A stretch of DNA of 64,000 nucleotides from an uncultured Pseudomonadota bacterium (lineage in GTDB: Bacteria > Babelota > Babeliae > Babelales > Vermiphilaceae). The translations under genes were made by a program, and so were the position numbers. Of this stretch, positions 24,676 to 32,759 are shown one piece after another (position 1 is the first letter of the stretch; every line of letters starts with the position of its first letter). Below the pieces are notes generated by a model. The model did no database searches. It was not told the DNA's origin and saw nothing but the letters and a program-made list of their open reading frames with translations. The stretch spans positions 3,744-67,743 of the forward strand of contig CAYMRF010000001.1 in assembly GCA_964392765.1 (NCBI GenBank). The letters run 5' to 3'.

Positions 24676-26136
24676 ATGTCAAAAACGCCTTCAATCCTGG
24701 ATCATTATCCGGATTATGAACTGAATATTGGTATTGAAGTTCACGTTCAACTCACCACAAACAGCAAGATATTTTGCGGTTGCCCGAATCAAGTAACCAA
24801 GAATCCTAACACAAATATCTGCAATATTTGTACCGCACAACCGGGTGCATTGCCGGTATTAAATAAAAAAGTGGTGGAATATGCAATAAAAGCCGGCCTT
24901 GCAACCGGATGCTCTATCGCACAAGAATGTGCGTTTGCGCGTAAGCATTATTTTTATCCTGACTTACCAAAAGATTATCAGATCAGCCAAAATGAAGATC
25001 CTATTTGCAGCAACGGATTTATTCCGATTCGCTTAGAAGATGGATCAATTAAAAAGATTCGCTTGATCCGTATTCATATGGAAGAAGATGCGGGTAAAAA
25101 TATTCACGCTGAGCATGAAAATGCAAGCTTTGTGGATCTTAACCGCACCGGTACTCCGCTCTTAGAAATCGTTACCCATCCGGATATTTCAAGTACCTAT
25201 GAAGCCAAAGCATATTTGCGCGCCCTGCGCTTAATTGTGCAATATTTGGGCATCTGCTCTGGCAACATGGAAGAAGGAGCTTTCCGCGCAGATACCAACG
25301 TTTCGGTTCGCAAAAAAGGCGCAGAAAAATTGGGAACTCGTGCCGAGCTTAAAAATATTAATTCATTCAAGTTTATTGGCGATGCGGTTGAGCATGAAAT
25401 TGAACGCCAAATTCAATTGCTAGAAAGCGGCCAAAAAGTCCGCCAAGAAACTCGCCTTTGGGATACTAAAAATAAAAAAACTATCATGATGCGCTCAAAA
25501 GAAGAAGCCGCAGACTATCGCTACTTCCAAGATCCTGATCTGCCAATTCTAGAAGTAAGCGAAAGCATGATTGCTGATGTGAAAAAAACCATGCCAGAAC
25601 TTCCGTATGATCGCTTTGAAAGATATATGAATCAAAACGGATTATCTGCATATGAAGCAGAAATCTTAGTTGATGATATCGAGCTTTCTAACTATTACGA
25701 ACAAGCTCATAAGCTTAACCCCAGCAAACAGATTGTTAATTTAATCTTGCGAGATGTTATGGGGTATCTCAAAGAATCTAAAATCCCTCTTAATGAATTA
25801 AAAATGACCCCAGACAAACTGGCAAGCCTTGTTACCCTACTCGAGAAGGGCGTGATTAATAATCGTGCAGCTCAAGAAGTTTTTGCCGCTGTTTGCCAAA
25901 CCGGCCAATCGCCAGAGCAAATTGTGAAAGAAAAAGGCCTAGAACAAATCGGTTCTGTTGAAGAAATTGAAGCGATTGTTAAAGAATTGCTTGCTGCCAA
26001 TGCACTGCAAGTTGCTGATTATAAAGCCGGAAATGCGAAATTGTTTGGCTTCTTTGTAGGCCAGATGATGCAGAAGACAAAAGGCAAAGGCGATCCAAAA
26101 GTAATTCAAGAATTGTTGAAGAAGCACTTGAGTTGA
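24676..26136 (+). CDS. gatB: Asp/Glu-tRNA amidotransferase subunit B
   Basis: 486 aa. GIEVHVQL, HYFYPDLPK.YQISQ and a C-terminal GatB/YqeY domain. Confidence 0.93.
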   Translation: MSKTPSILDHYPDYELNIGIEVHVQLTTNSKIFCGCPNQVTKNPNTNICNICTAQPGALPVLNKKVVEYAIKAGLATGCSIAQECAFARKHYFYPDLPKDYQISQNEDPICSNGFIPIRLEDGSIKKIRLIRIHMEEDAGKNIHAEHENASFVDLNRTGTPLLEIVTHPDISSTYEAKAYLRALRLIVQYLGICSGNMEEGAFRADTNVSVRKKGAEKLGTRAELKNINSFKFIGDAVEHEIERQIQLLESGQKVRQETRLWDTKNKKTIMMRSKEEAADYRYFQDPDLPILEVSESMIADVKKTMPELPYDRFERYMNQNGLSAYEAEILVDDIELSNYYEQAHKLNPSKQIVNLILRDVMGYLKESKIPLNELKMTPDKLASLVTLLEKGVINNRAAQEVFAAVCQTGQSPEQIVKEKGLEQIGSVEEIEAIVKELLAANALQVADYKAGNAKLFGFFVGQMMQKTKGKGDPKVIQELLKKHLS

Positions 26137-26243
26137 TTTCTTAAGAATATATGCTCACAAAATAAACAAAACTTATTAAAGTTAGCGATAAATATAAAGT
26201 TATTGTCGACCAAGAATTTTTGGATAGTAATAGTTTTGTTATT

Positions 26244-26657
26244 TCACTGAATCGCACAAGTCTGCGGCCGCAACGAATCAATTAACGCTTCAGCTTCTTC
26301 TATATCGCGTATTGCATTGCGATAATGGATATTATTGGTGTCTGAAATTTTCGAATCTTCATAAGTTTTTAATTCATTCAGCGCATTATGCAAGAGAGCT
26401 GCCATCCTATCTCTCACGTTGTCGGCTGCATTTAAGTAAGGAAGCGTATTAATAATGATCCAAACATCATCTCTACCTTTATTCACAGAGCGATTATAAT
26501 AGGGATTAGGACCCTCTTCATAATTTCTTAAAACTAAGCATGCTCTTTTTGCGGCCAACTTTGCTCTTTGAAGATAAAGAGCTGTAGCATTACCCAAAAG
26601 CGAACCCGAAATAAGCATTACTACCAAGCCCAATATTGATAATTTTTTATTTAACAT
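26244..26657 (-). CDS. small secreted protein, paralog pair member
   Basis: MLNKKLSILGLVVMLISGSLLG. The N-terminus and helical layout are shared with the adjacent ORF. Confidence 0.55.
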   Translation of the reverse strand: MLNKKLSILGLVVMLISGSLLGNATALYLQRAKLAAKRACLVLRNYEEGPNPYYNRSVNKGRDDVWIIINTLPYLNAADNVRDRMAALLHNALNELKTYEDSKISDTNNIHYRNAIRDIEEAEALIDSLRPQTCAIQ

Positions 26658-27054
26658 TGCTCTCTCCAGAATAAGAATTAAGCAACTCTAACGCATGATT
26701 TACCGCCTTTTCTGCAGCCAAATGAGCCTGATTTTTTCTTACACCGTCATTGGTTTGCGTTATAAAACTCTTAAATGCTGCCAAAGCGCTATTTACATCA
26801 TTATAAATTTGTTGTTTTACATTCAAATCATCGATCTCAAGAGCAGGAATCAATCTCGCTGCTTCTCTCACGTAATCTTCTGCTTTCTCCAAATCATCAA
26901 AATACCCTCTATAGGATGGACTTTCTCTTAATAATGAGGAGGCGTTTTTTAATGAATAATTTGCCCCTTGGAGTGCCGGGCGGCCTTTTGCCAAAATAGA
27001 ACCAGATACAAGCATTATGGCCAAATAAAGAATAGACAGTTTTTTATTACACAT
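26647..27054 (-). CDS. small secreted protein, paralog pair member
   Basis: Start moved to MCNKKLSILYLAIMLVSGSILA (27054). 11-nt overlap with the downstream paralog. Confidence 0.55.
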   Translation of the reverse strand: MCNKKLSILYLAIMLVSGSILAKGRPALQGANYSLKNASSLLRESPSYRGYFDDLEKAEDYVREAARLIPALEIDDLNVKQQIYNDVNSALAAFKSFITQTNDGVRKNQAHLAAEKAVNHALELLNSYSGESNVK

Positions 27055-27269
27055 TACTCTCTCCACCGATGGGTTAAATAGAGGCTTTTAGCCACTCAAA
27101 AGGCCTTTTCTATTACCATTTTAGCAAAGCAGGCATGCCCAACTCAACATTTATCTTTTCTATTTGAAATCTTGCCGAGAGTTATGGGAATATCTGCAAT
27201 TTTTACCAAATATCGCGGAAATAGCCCTTTTTGGGCAATTTTGGCCTTGACAAACTTTTCTACCTGTAT

Positions 27270-27296
27270 TAGGGTTGTATGGAATACTATTAGGGC
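27270..27296 (+). promoter_or_regulatory. TAGGGT-N15-TAGGGC element in the helicase 5' region (the first hexamer could act as a -10 for TTGACA at 27247)
   Basis: TTGACA (27247-27252), 17 nt, TAGGGT (27270-27275), then TAGGGC at 27291-27296. The same two hexamers with the same 21-bp offset occur at 53731..53757. Confidence 0.3.
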
Positions 27297-27400
27297 AAGT
27301 GATAGCGGTGCCCTAGCGCTTAACAGCATCAGTATCGTGGATATTCGCTATCACAGCAGCTTTTTCAAGCTAAAAACCCTAATAATATAAGAGATTTTTT

Positions 27401-29176
27401 ATGACTAATTCCTTTAAGGAACTACCTTTACATCCTCAAATTTTAACCACTCTTGATGGTCTTGGGTTCACTACCCCGACTGAAATTCAAGGGAAAGCTA
27501 TCCCTATGCTTTTGGGCTCAAACAGAGTCGATTTCTGGGGACAAGCGCAAACCGGTACGGGTAAAACCCTTGCTTTTGGTATTCCTTTAATTCAGGGTAT
27601 CAATCCGCAAGATAAACGCCTTCAAGCGCTTATCGTTGCTCCAACCAGAGAGCTCGTGGTTCAGATTATGCAAAGCTTACGCCCTATTGCGCAACCAATG
27701 GGAATCACCGTTGATGCAATCTACGGCGGCGCTTCTATGAGAGATCAGATTAACTCCCTCAAAAAAGGTCTTCACATTGTAGTGGGAACCCCTGGGCGTA
27801 TTAATGATCACTTGAATCGCAAAACCCTTTCTCTTGCAAACTTAAAGACTTTAGTGCTTGATGAAGCAGATATCATGCTTGATATGGGCTTTAAAGAAGA
27901 GATGGATGAGATTTTAGCGGCATCTCCTGATGAACGCCAAATTTGGCTTTTCTCTGCAACTATTAAGCCTGGTATTAATCAGATTATGCGCGAGCATATG
28001 AAAGATACGGTGAGTGTTACTGCAAGCAAGCAACAAATTGGCGCTTCAAACACCAAGCAATACTTCTCTATGGTTCCTCACAGAAACCGATTTGAGGCAT
28101 TGTGCCGATTTATTGATAGCAATCCATCATTTTATGGATTTATCTTCTGCCAAACAAAAATTTTAACTGCTGAATTAGCAGAAAAATTAGCGGCAGCAGG
28201 CTATCCCGCAAATGCACTTCATGGCGATATGAGCCAAGGATTGCGTAATGCAGTAATTAAGAAATTTAAAAATAAAGATTTTAACATCTTAGTAGCAACC
28301 GATGTTGCGGCACGTGGAATTGACGTTTCTGATCTTACCCACGTGATTAACTATTCAATTCCTAACGATCATGAAAGCTATGTTCACCGTATTGGTAGAA
28401 CCGGCCGCGCAGGAAAAGAAGGTATTGCAATCAGTTTTATTGGTGGCAAAAATGAAGTGCGTCATATCAGAATGCTTGAGCGCAAATTCAAATTCACCAT
28501 TAACCCACTTGATGTGCCAACCGCTCAAGATATTAAGAAAGTATACATGCAAAAAGCATGCGACTATCTTGAAACTCTTGCGCAAAAGACCAGCACCGTG
28601 GCTCCTGAAGTCGAAGCAGCAGTTCGTTGCTTTGATGCAGCAGAATTGACCAATATCGTAATTGCAACGGTTGCAGAAAAGTTCTTCCCTGCAACAAGAA
28701 AAGATGATTTCAACTTCGCAAACACCAGCACCCAATCATTTGATAAAAATGATGACAGCCAAGTTACTGATGATGGATTACAAGAATTAATGATTCACCT
28801 TGGTACTGATGATGATATTACCCGTGAAGATGTGGCAGATTTCCTTTCCAAAGAAGGCGGAATCGATACTGACAGCTTAGAAAAACTCAAAGTAATCAAA
28901 CGCCGCACCTTTATTAAGCTTCCTTCTGAAATGGCTGAAGCGTTATTGCAGAAGCTTAAAGGTAAGAGCATTAACGGTCAAAAAACACGCATCACGCTTG
29001 CTCCTGTTTCTGATGACGATTGGGGCTCATCTGGCCCACGTCGCGGCGGCAGAAGAGGCGGCGATAGAGATCGCGGTGGCGATCGTGGCGGCCGTAGAGG
29101 CAGAGCTCGTGGCGATCGCGGTGACCGTGGCGATAGAGGCGGATCACGCGGTGGCGAACGTCGTAAACGCTACTAA
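27401..29176 (+). CDS. DEAD-box ATP-dependent RNA helicase (DeaD/CsdA-like) with an RGG/RGD-rich C-terminal tail
   Basis: Motifs Q (TPTEIQ), I (AQTGTGKT), Ia (PTRELV), II (DEAD), III (SAT) and VI (HRIGRTGRAG). DbpA-like RNA-binding region, and tail RGGRRGGDRDRGGDRGGRRGRARGDRGDRGDRGG. Confidence 0.92.
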   Translation: MTNSFKELPLHPQILTTLDGLGFTTPTEIQGKAIPMLLGSNRVDFWGQAQTGTGKTLAFGIPLIQGINPQDKRLQALIVAPTRELVVQIMQSLRPIAQPMGITVDAIYGGASMRDQINSLKKGLHIVVGTPGRINDHLNRKTLSLANLKTLVLDEADIMLDMGFKEEMDEILAASPDERQIWLFSATIKPGINQIMREHMKDTVSVTASKQQIGASNTKQYFSMVPHRNRFEALCRFIDSNPSFYGFIFCQTKILTAELAEKLAAAGYPANALHGDMSQGLRNAVIKKFKNKDFNILVATDVAARGIDVSDLTHVINYSIPNDHESYVHRIGRTGRAGKEGIAISFIGGKNEVRHIRMLERKFKFTINPLDVPTAQDIKKVYMQKACDYLETLAQKTSTVAPEVEAAVRCFDAAELTNIVIATVAEKFFPATRKDDFNFANTSTQSFDKNDDSQVTDDGLQELMIHLGTDDDITREDVADFLSKEGGIDTDSLEKLKVIKRRTFIKLPSEMAEALLQKLKGKSINGQKTRITLAPVSDDDWGSSGPRRGGRRGGDRDRGGDRGGRRGRARGDRGDRGDRGGSRGGERRKRY

Positions 29177-29198
29177 TCTATTTTAGATTTTGATTAAT

Positions 29199-29231
29199 GG
29201 GCTCAAGAGAACATCTTGAGCCCATTTTTTT
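29199..29231 (+). terminator. rho-independent terminator of the helicase gene
   Basis: GGGCTCAAGA-gaaca-TCTTGAGCCC followed by a T7 run. Confidence 0.8.
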
Positions 29232-29284
29232 AGTGCTAGCTTCTTCTAAAAACCTCAAGCTCTGGTCTAAGCATATTCTATTAA

Positions 29285-29568
29285 GGCCGTTCGTGGTGAG
29301 GGCCGAGCAAAGCGAGGCGTCTCGAATCCATACGGCCGATATATTTCATAGGATTCAAACTTTTTTATATGGTTCGATAACCCTGCCTACGCTTATCCGG
29401 GTCTTACGACTCGGCAAGCTACGGCGGGCACGGCGCTCGCTGGCTGGCGGATTTTATCCTGAGCCTGTCGAAGGGCACCACGAACGGGCTTTTAAACCTA
29501 TCTTGCTACTAGGCCAATTTTTAGTGATAATTAATATTCCGCTCGTTTCGAGCGCAGTCGAGAAATGC
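29285..29568. repeat. repeat hotspot: modules B, E2 (reverse), C/B hybrid and D (reverse), separated by short AT spacers
   Basis: GGCCGTTCGTGGTGAG...CATACGGCC (29285..29338). GCCTACGCTTATCCGGGTCTTACGACTCGGCAAGCTACGGCGG (29385..29427). TCCTGAGCCTGTCGAAGGGCACCACGAACGGGC (29456..29489). CCGCTCGTTTCGAGCGCAGTCGAGAAAT (29539..29566). Confidence 0.8.
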
Positions 29569-31097
29569 TAAATTTCCAATGGATCATATCTTTTGCCCGA
29601 ACGGACTGCTTTTTCACAGCGCATTTGCAAATCTTTATTCACCTTGTCGGCATTAATAGGATTGCTTCGATTATAATTATAAAGAATTTCTGGAATACAC
29701 TTGCCATGAACTCCCGCTAATTCTGCTAAACTCATCATCATTGCAATATCGCCTGCCATAGGGAACCACTCCCCATTAAACAATAACGATTCTTTATTTA
29801 TTTTTTGATAAAGCCAGACATAAAAAGTGCGCAAATGAGTGGTACACCAATCATACTCTCTAATTGCATTATTTTTTATAATTTCATCTGGAATTTGGCG
29901 TGCCCAACCGGTAATTTGATGAGGGAATAGGCAAAACTGCCCATACGTCATCCACACATTTGAATCCTGGTAGATATGATTAAGATAAGCAAGCACGTTT
30001 TCATGAGCAAGCCAATCGTCCGCATCAATAACGACTGCTATTTCTGATGGATCGCAACATTCCAATGCTTTACAAATATTTCCCAGCGCTTTGCCCGTTC
30101 GTTGCGAATTTTTAATAATCGTAGTGCGATGGCTCTGATAACATTGAGTTACGTATTGCCCAACCAGGGCTAATGTATTATCGCTGGACGCATCATCAAT
30201 ATAGATAATGCGATAATAGGTATAATTTTGCATAAAAATTGAATGCAGATTTCGCTTATACCACTTCTGGTTGTTATACGATGGCACTATCAGCACAAAC
30301 TGCTTTTGCTGACCACTTGTAAATACCGGTAGTGGGTAGCGATCAATAATCGCCTGCTCATCGGCCATTTCTTGCAACGCCAGGGATGAATTTTTCTTAA
30401 CAATCTCAGCAGTATCAATAAAATGGATAAAATCTGGCGTGGGAAGTTTATGAAATAATGCACCGCTGCCCACTGCATTTCTCCAAAATGCCCAGATATT
30501 TTTAGTAGAAAATTCTTTAGTAAATAATCCATATCTTTGATGAACAGATTTGCGCCACATTGAGCCCGGACACGGCAAACAGGTAGGAAAAAAATAAGCG
30601 CTAAATTCTGGTAATCTCATTGAATCGCAACTTTTAACTTCCTTCTTAAACGGTTCATAGTTCCACCAAAACTCGGCATACACCAAATCAATAGTAGAAT
30701 CTCTTTCTAATACCGCCACCCGCTGCTCCAACATATTTTTTTGATGCAAATCTCCCGCGTGAGCAATTACCACAAAATCTGCACTAGAATTTTGAATCGC
30801 CGTATTTAATATATCCACTTCGTCAGAACTGCCCGGCAAGTAAAAGGTGCGCAACTGAGAATATTGTTTGCTGAGTGATCCCATAAGAACTTTATCAGAT
30901 GTTTGAGGCGCTATAAGCAAAACTTCGCACGATTTAAAAATAGTTTGACGCGTTAACTCTTTCATGGTTTGAGTGATCAGTGCTTCTCGCTCAAAGAGAG
31001 AAACAATGATTGATACGCGTGGCTTGGCCTGCAAACTAATAGACCACAAACAAAATAAAAAAATGACTACTTTTATTTTAAAAAAATTTTTTACCAT
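29568..31097 (-). CDS. membrane-anchored protein with two GT2-family glycosyltransferase domains
   Basis: 509 aa. N-terminal signal/anchor. First GT-A-like domain (VSIIVSLFERE...). Second domain has the classic FVLIVPSYNNQKW...IIYIDDASSDNT and a DAD motif (VIDADDW). Confidence 0.75.
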   Translation of the reverse strand: MVKNFFKIKVVIFLFCLWSISLQAKPRVSIIVSLFEREALITQTMKELTRQTIFKSCEVLLIAPQTSDKVLMGSLSKQYSQLRTFYLPGSSDEVDILNTAIQNSSADFVVIAHAGDLHQKNMLEQRVAVLERDSTIDLVYAEFWWNYEPFKKEVKSCDSMRLPEFSAYFFPTCLPCPGSMWRKSVHQRYGLFTKEFSTKNIWAFWRNAVGSGALFHKLPTPDFIHFIDTAEIVKKNSSLALQEMADEQAIIDRYPLPVFTSGQQKQFVLIVPSYNNQKWYKRNLHSIFMQNYTYYRIIYIDDASSDNTLALVGQYVTQCYQSHRTTIIKNSQRTGKALGNICKALECCDPSEIAVVIDADDWLAHENVLAYLNHIYQDSNVWMTYGQFCLFPHQITGWARQIPDEIIKNNAIREYDWCTTHLRTFYVWLYQKINKESLLFNGEWFPMAGDIAMMMSLAELAGVHGKCIPEILYNYNRSNPINADKVNKDLQMRCEKAVRSGKRYDPLEI

Positions 31098-31258
31098 TAT
31101 ATTTCCTTAGTTTCACTTCAACTCATTTCCAGAATTATGCAGCACTAGCCGAAAAATCTTCAATCTTTTTCTTTTCTTTGACTTAATAATCTTTTTTCCG
31201 ATAGATTTTGAGGAATTTGTGGTCTTTTAGGAGTCAATTCTCAAAAAAAGGGGAAAGT

Positions 31259-32119
31259 ATGAAGAACACACTTCACTATAATGCTATGGTTCGCTCTTTG
31301 CGTTCATTTTTTCAAGATAAAAAGGGGTTTATCGAGGTACCTGCGCAATCACGTCCTTCCATTTTTGCAACCCAAACAGCAGAAAGTATTGGGCAATTTG
31401 CAGTAAATAATATTCCATTTCCACTCCCACAATCAAATCTGCTTTGCCTCGATTATGAAATGCTCAAGAATCCGGAATGGAAAGGAGTCTATTCAATCTC
31501 CACCCGCTATCAAGATGATAGCACGCCAGAGCAAGAATCTACGTGCCCTATTTTTGAATTCTGTGTACCAGGAAATTGCAACGACCTTAAAAGATTCCAT
31601 GATGAACTGCTTTTATTTTTAGGGTTTGAGCAATCAATCCCCTTACTTTATGAAGAAGTATGCAAAAAATACGAAACTCAATCGTTGCAAGCGTATCATA
31701 AGGCCACGCTTGCGCAGGAAATTAGTGCTGTTATCACGCTGGAAGATTTCCCCTCTCGCACGTTTCCCTTTTGGAATACCAAATATGCGGGCAATGGAGT
31801 TTATCACAAAAGTGAAACCTTACTTCATGGCATCAGCGTTATAACCTCGCAAGAACAAGAGACCAATGGCGAAAAGCTCCGAGAAGGATTTTTCTCATTG
31901 AATCAAGGCAAATATGCTCAATCGCTTGTAGCCCGTTTTGGCAAAGAGCGCGTTAATAGAGATCTTGAAGAATATTTATCACTACCTATGCTCGATAGGT
32001 TTGCAAGCACCATAGATTTGTCTAAGCTGGCTAATGCACTAGAAATGGCGGGAATATTTAAAAAGACAGTAGAAGTTTACTCAAAAGAGAGAGTAATACT
32101 ACCGCACTTAAATATATAA
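31259..32119 (+). CDS. class II aminoacyl-tRNA-synthetase-like catalytic-core paralog (Asn/Asp type), with motifs apparently degenerate
   Basis: ATG at 31259 follows a GGGGAAAG RBS. Motif-1-like LRSFFQDKKGFIEVPAQ. The layout is collinear with AsnRS/AspRS cores, but the motif 2 and motif 3 positions read TRYQDD...PIFEFCVPG and ASTIDLSKL. Confidence 0.45.
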   Translation: MKNTLHYNAMVRSLRSFFQDKKGFIEVPAQSRPSIFATQTAESIGQFAVNNIPFPLPQSNLLCLDYEMLKNPEWKGVYSISTRYQDDSTPEQESTCPIFEFCVPGNCNDLKRFHDELLLFLGFEQSIPLLYEEVCKKYETQSLQAYHKATLAQEISAVITLEDFPSRTFPFWNTKYAGNGVYHKSETLLHGISVITSQEQETNGEKLREGFFSLNQGKYAQSLVARFGKERVNRDLEEYLSLPMLDRFASTIDLSKLANALEMAGIFKKTVEVYSKERVILPHLNI

Positions 32120-32128
32120 AGAGTACTC

Positions 32129-32434
32129 ATGTTAAAGAAAGCCTTAGCCGAGGCAGTGTTGATAACTGCTCTTAATAACGTTGCCATGAATCTGGAAGTG
32201 GAACAGGTAAAGTCTTCTATAAAATTCTTTGTAAATACCCAAGATATTATCCAACTCAGCAACCAGTTGGCAGCTCTTCTGGAAGATGCCACCAAATACG
32301 TTGATCCCGCAGTTTTTGAAATTGCCCAGGATATAAAAAAGCAGTTTAATGGTAATAAAAATTCTCCGCACTATAAAAATGCGGGAAGAATATGCGCTCT
32401 ACTTAGAAGTAAAGCGTATGAAAGAATTGAATAG
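32129..32434 (+). CDS. hypothetical protein
   Basis: 101-aa ORF with plausible helical composition. No domain recognised. Confidence 0.4.
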   Translation: MLKKALAEAVLITALNNVAMNLEVEQVKSSIKFFVNTQDIIQLSNQLAALLEDATKYVDPAVFEIAQDIKKQFNGNKNSPHYKNAGRICALLRSKAYERIE

Positions 32435-32444
32435 GAAAGAACTT

Positions 32445-32759
32445 ATGAAATTAATCGTGTTAACGATACTATTAATACCAATTTGCGTGGCCGCAGGAGA
32501 ACCTCCATCAGGCCCGATATCTCCATTGTCCGCTTCAAAACTTAAAGTGCTTCAAAAATATAAAGAAACAAAGGAAGAAGAAGAATTCTTCGAAGACGAT
32601 TGGATTGATCCTGCTGAAAATACCGATTCACTATCTCCTCGCAAAATAGGGCTTCTTAAAAGGCAGCCTTCAACTACTTCTGCAATTCCCGATGGATTCG
32701 AATTAGACAATGAAGAAGCGCCTATTAAAGAAACCAATAAATTGGAATCCAAAAAGTGA
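32445..32759 (+). CDS. hypothetical secreted acidic protein
   Basis: MKLIVLTILLIPICVAAG signal. 4-nt overlap with the phr start. Confidence 0.45.
   Translation: MKLIVLTILLIPICVAAGEPPSGPISPLSASKLKVLQKYKETKEEEEFFEDDWIDPAENTDSLSPRKIGLLKRQPSTTSAIPDGFELDNEEAPIKETNKLESKK

Noticed and set aside
28998-29176. The GC-rich 3' end of the helicase gene as another in-frame repeat-module insertion
   Set aside because: The sequence is a simple RGG/RGD codon repeat with no match to modules A-E. RG-rich tails are a common native feature of DEAD-box helicases.
29197-29571. 124-aa plus-strand track ORF
   Set aside because: It begins inside the helicase terminator hairpin and consists entirely of repeat modules B, E2, C and D. 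Peptides such as PEPVEGHHER are repeat translations.
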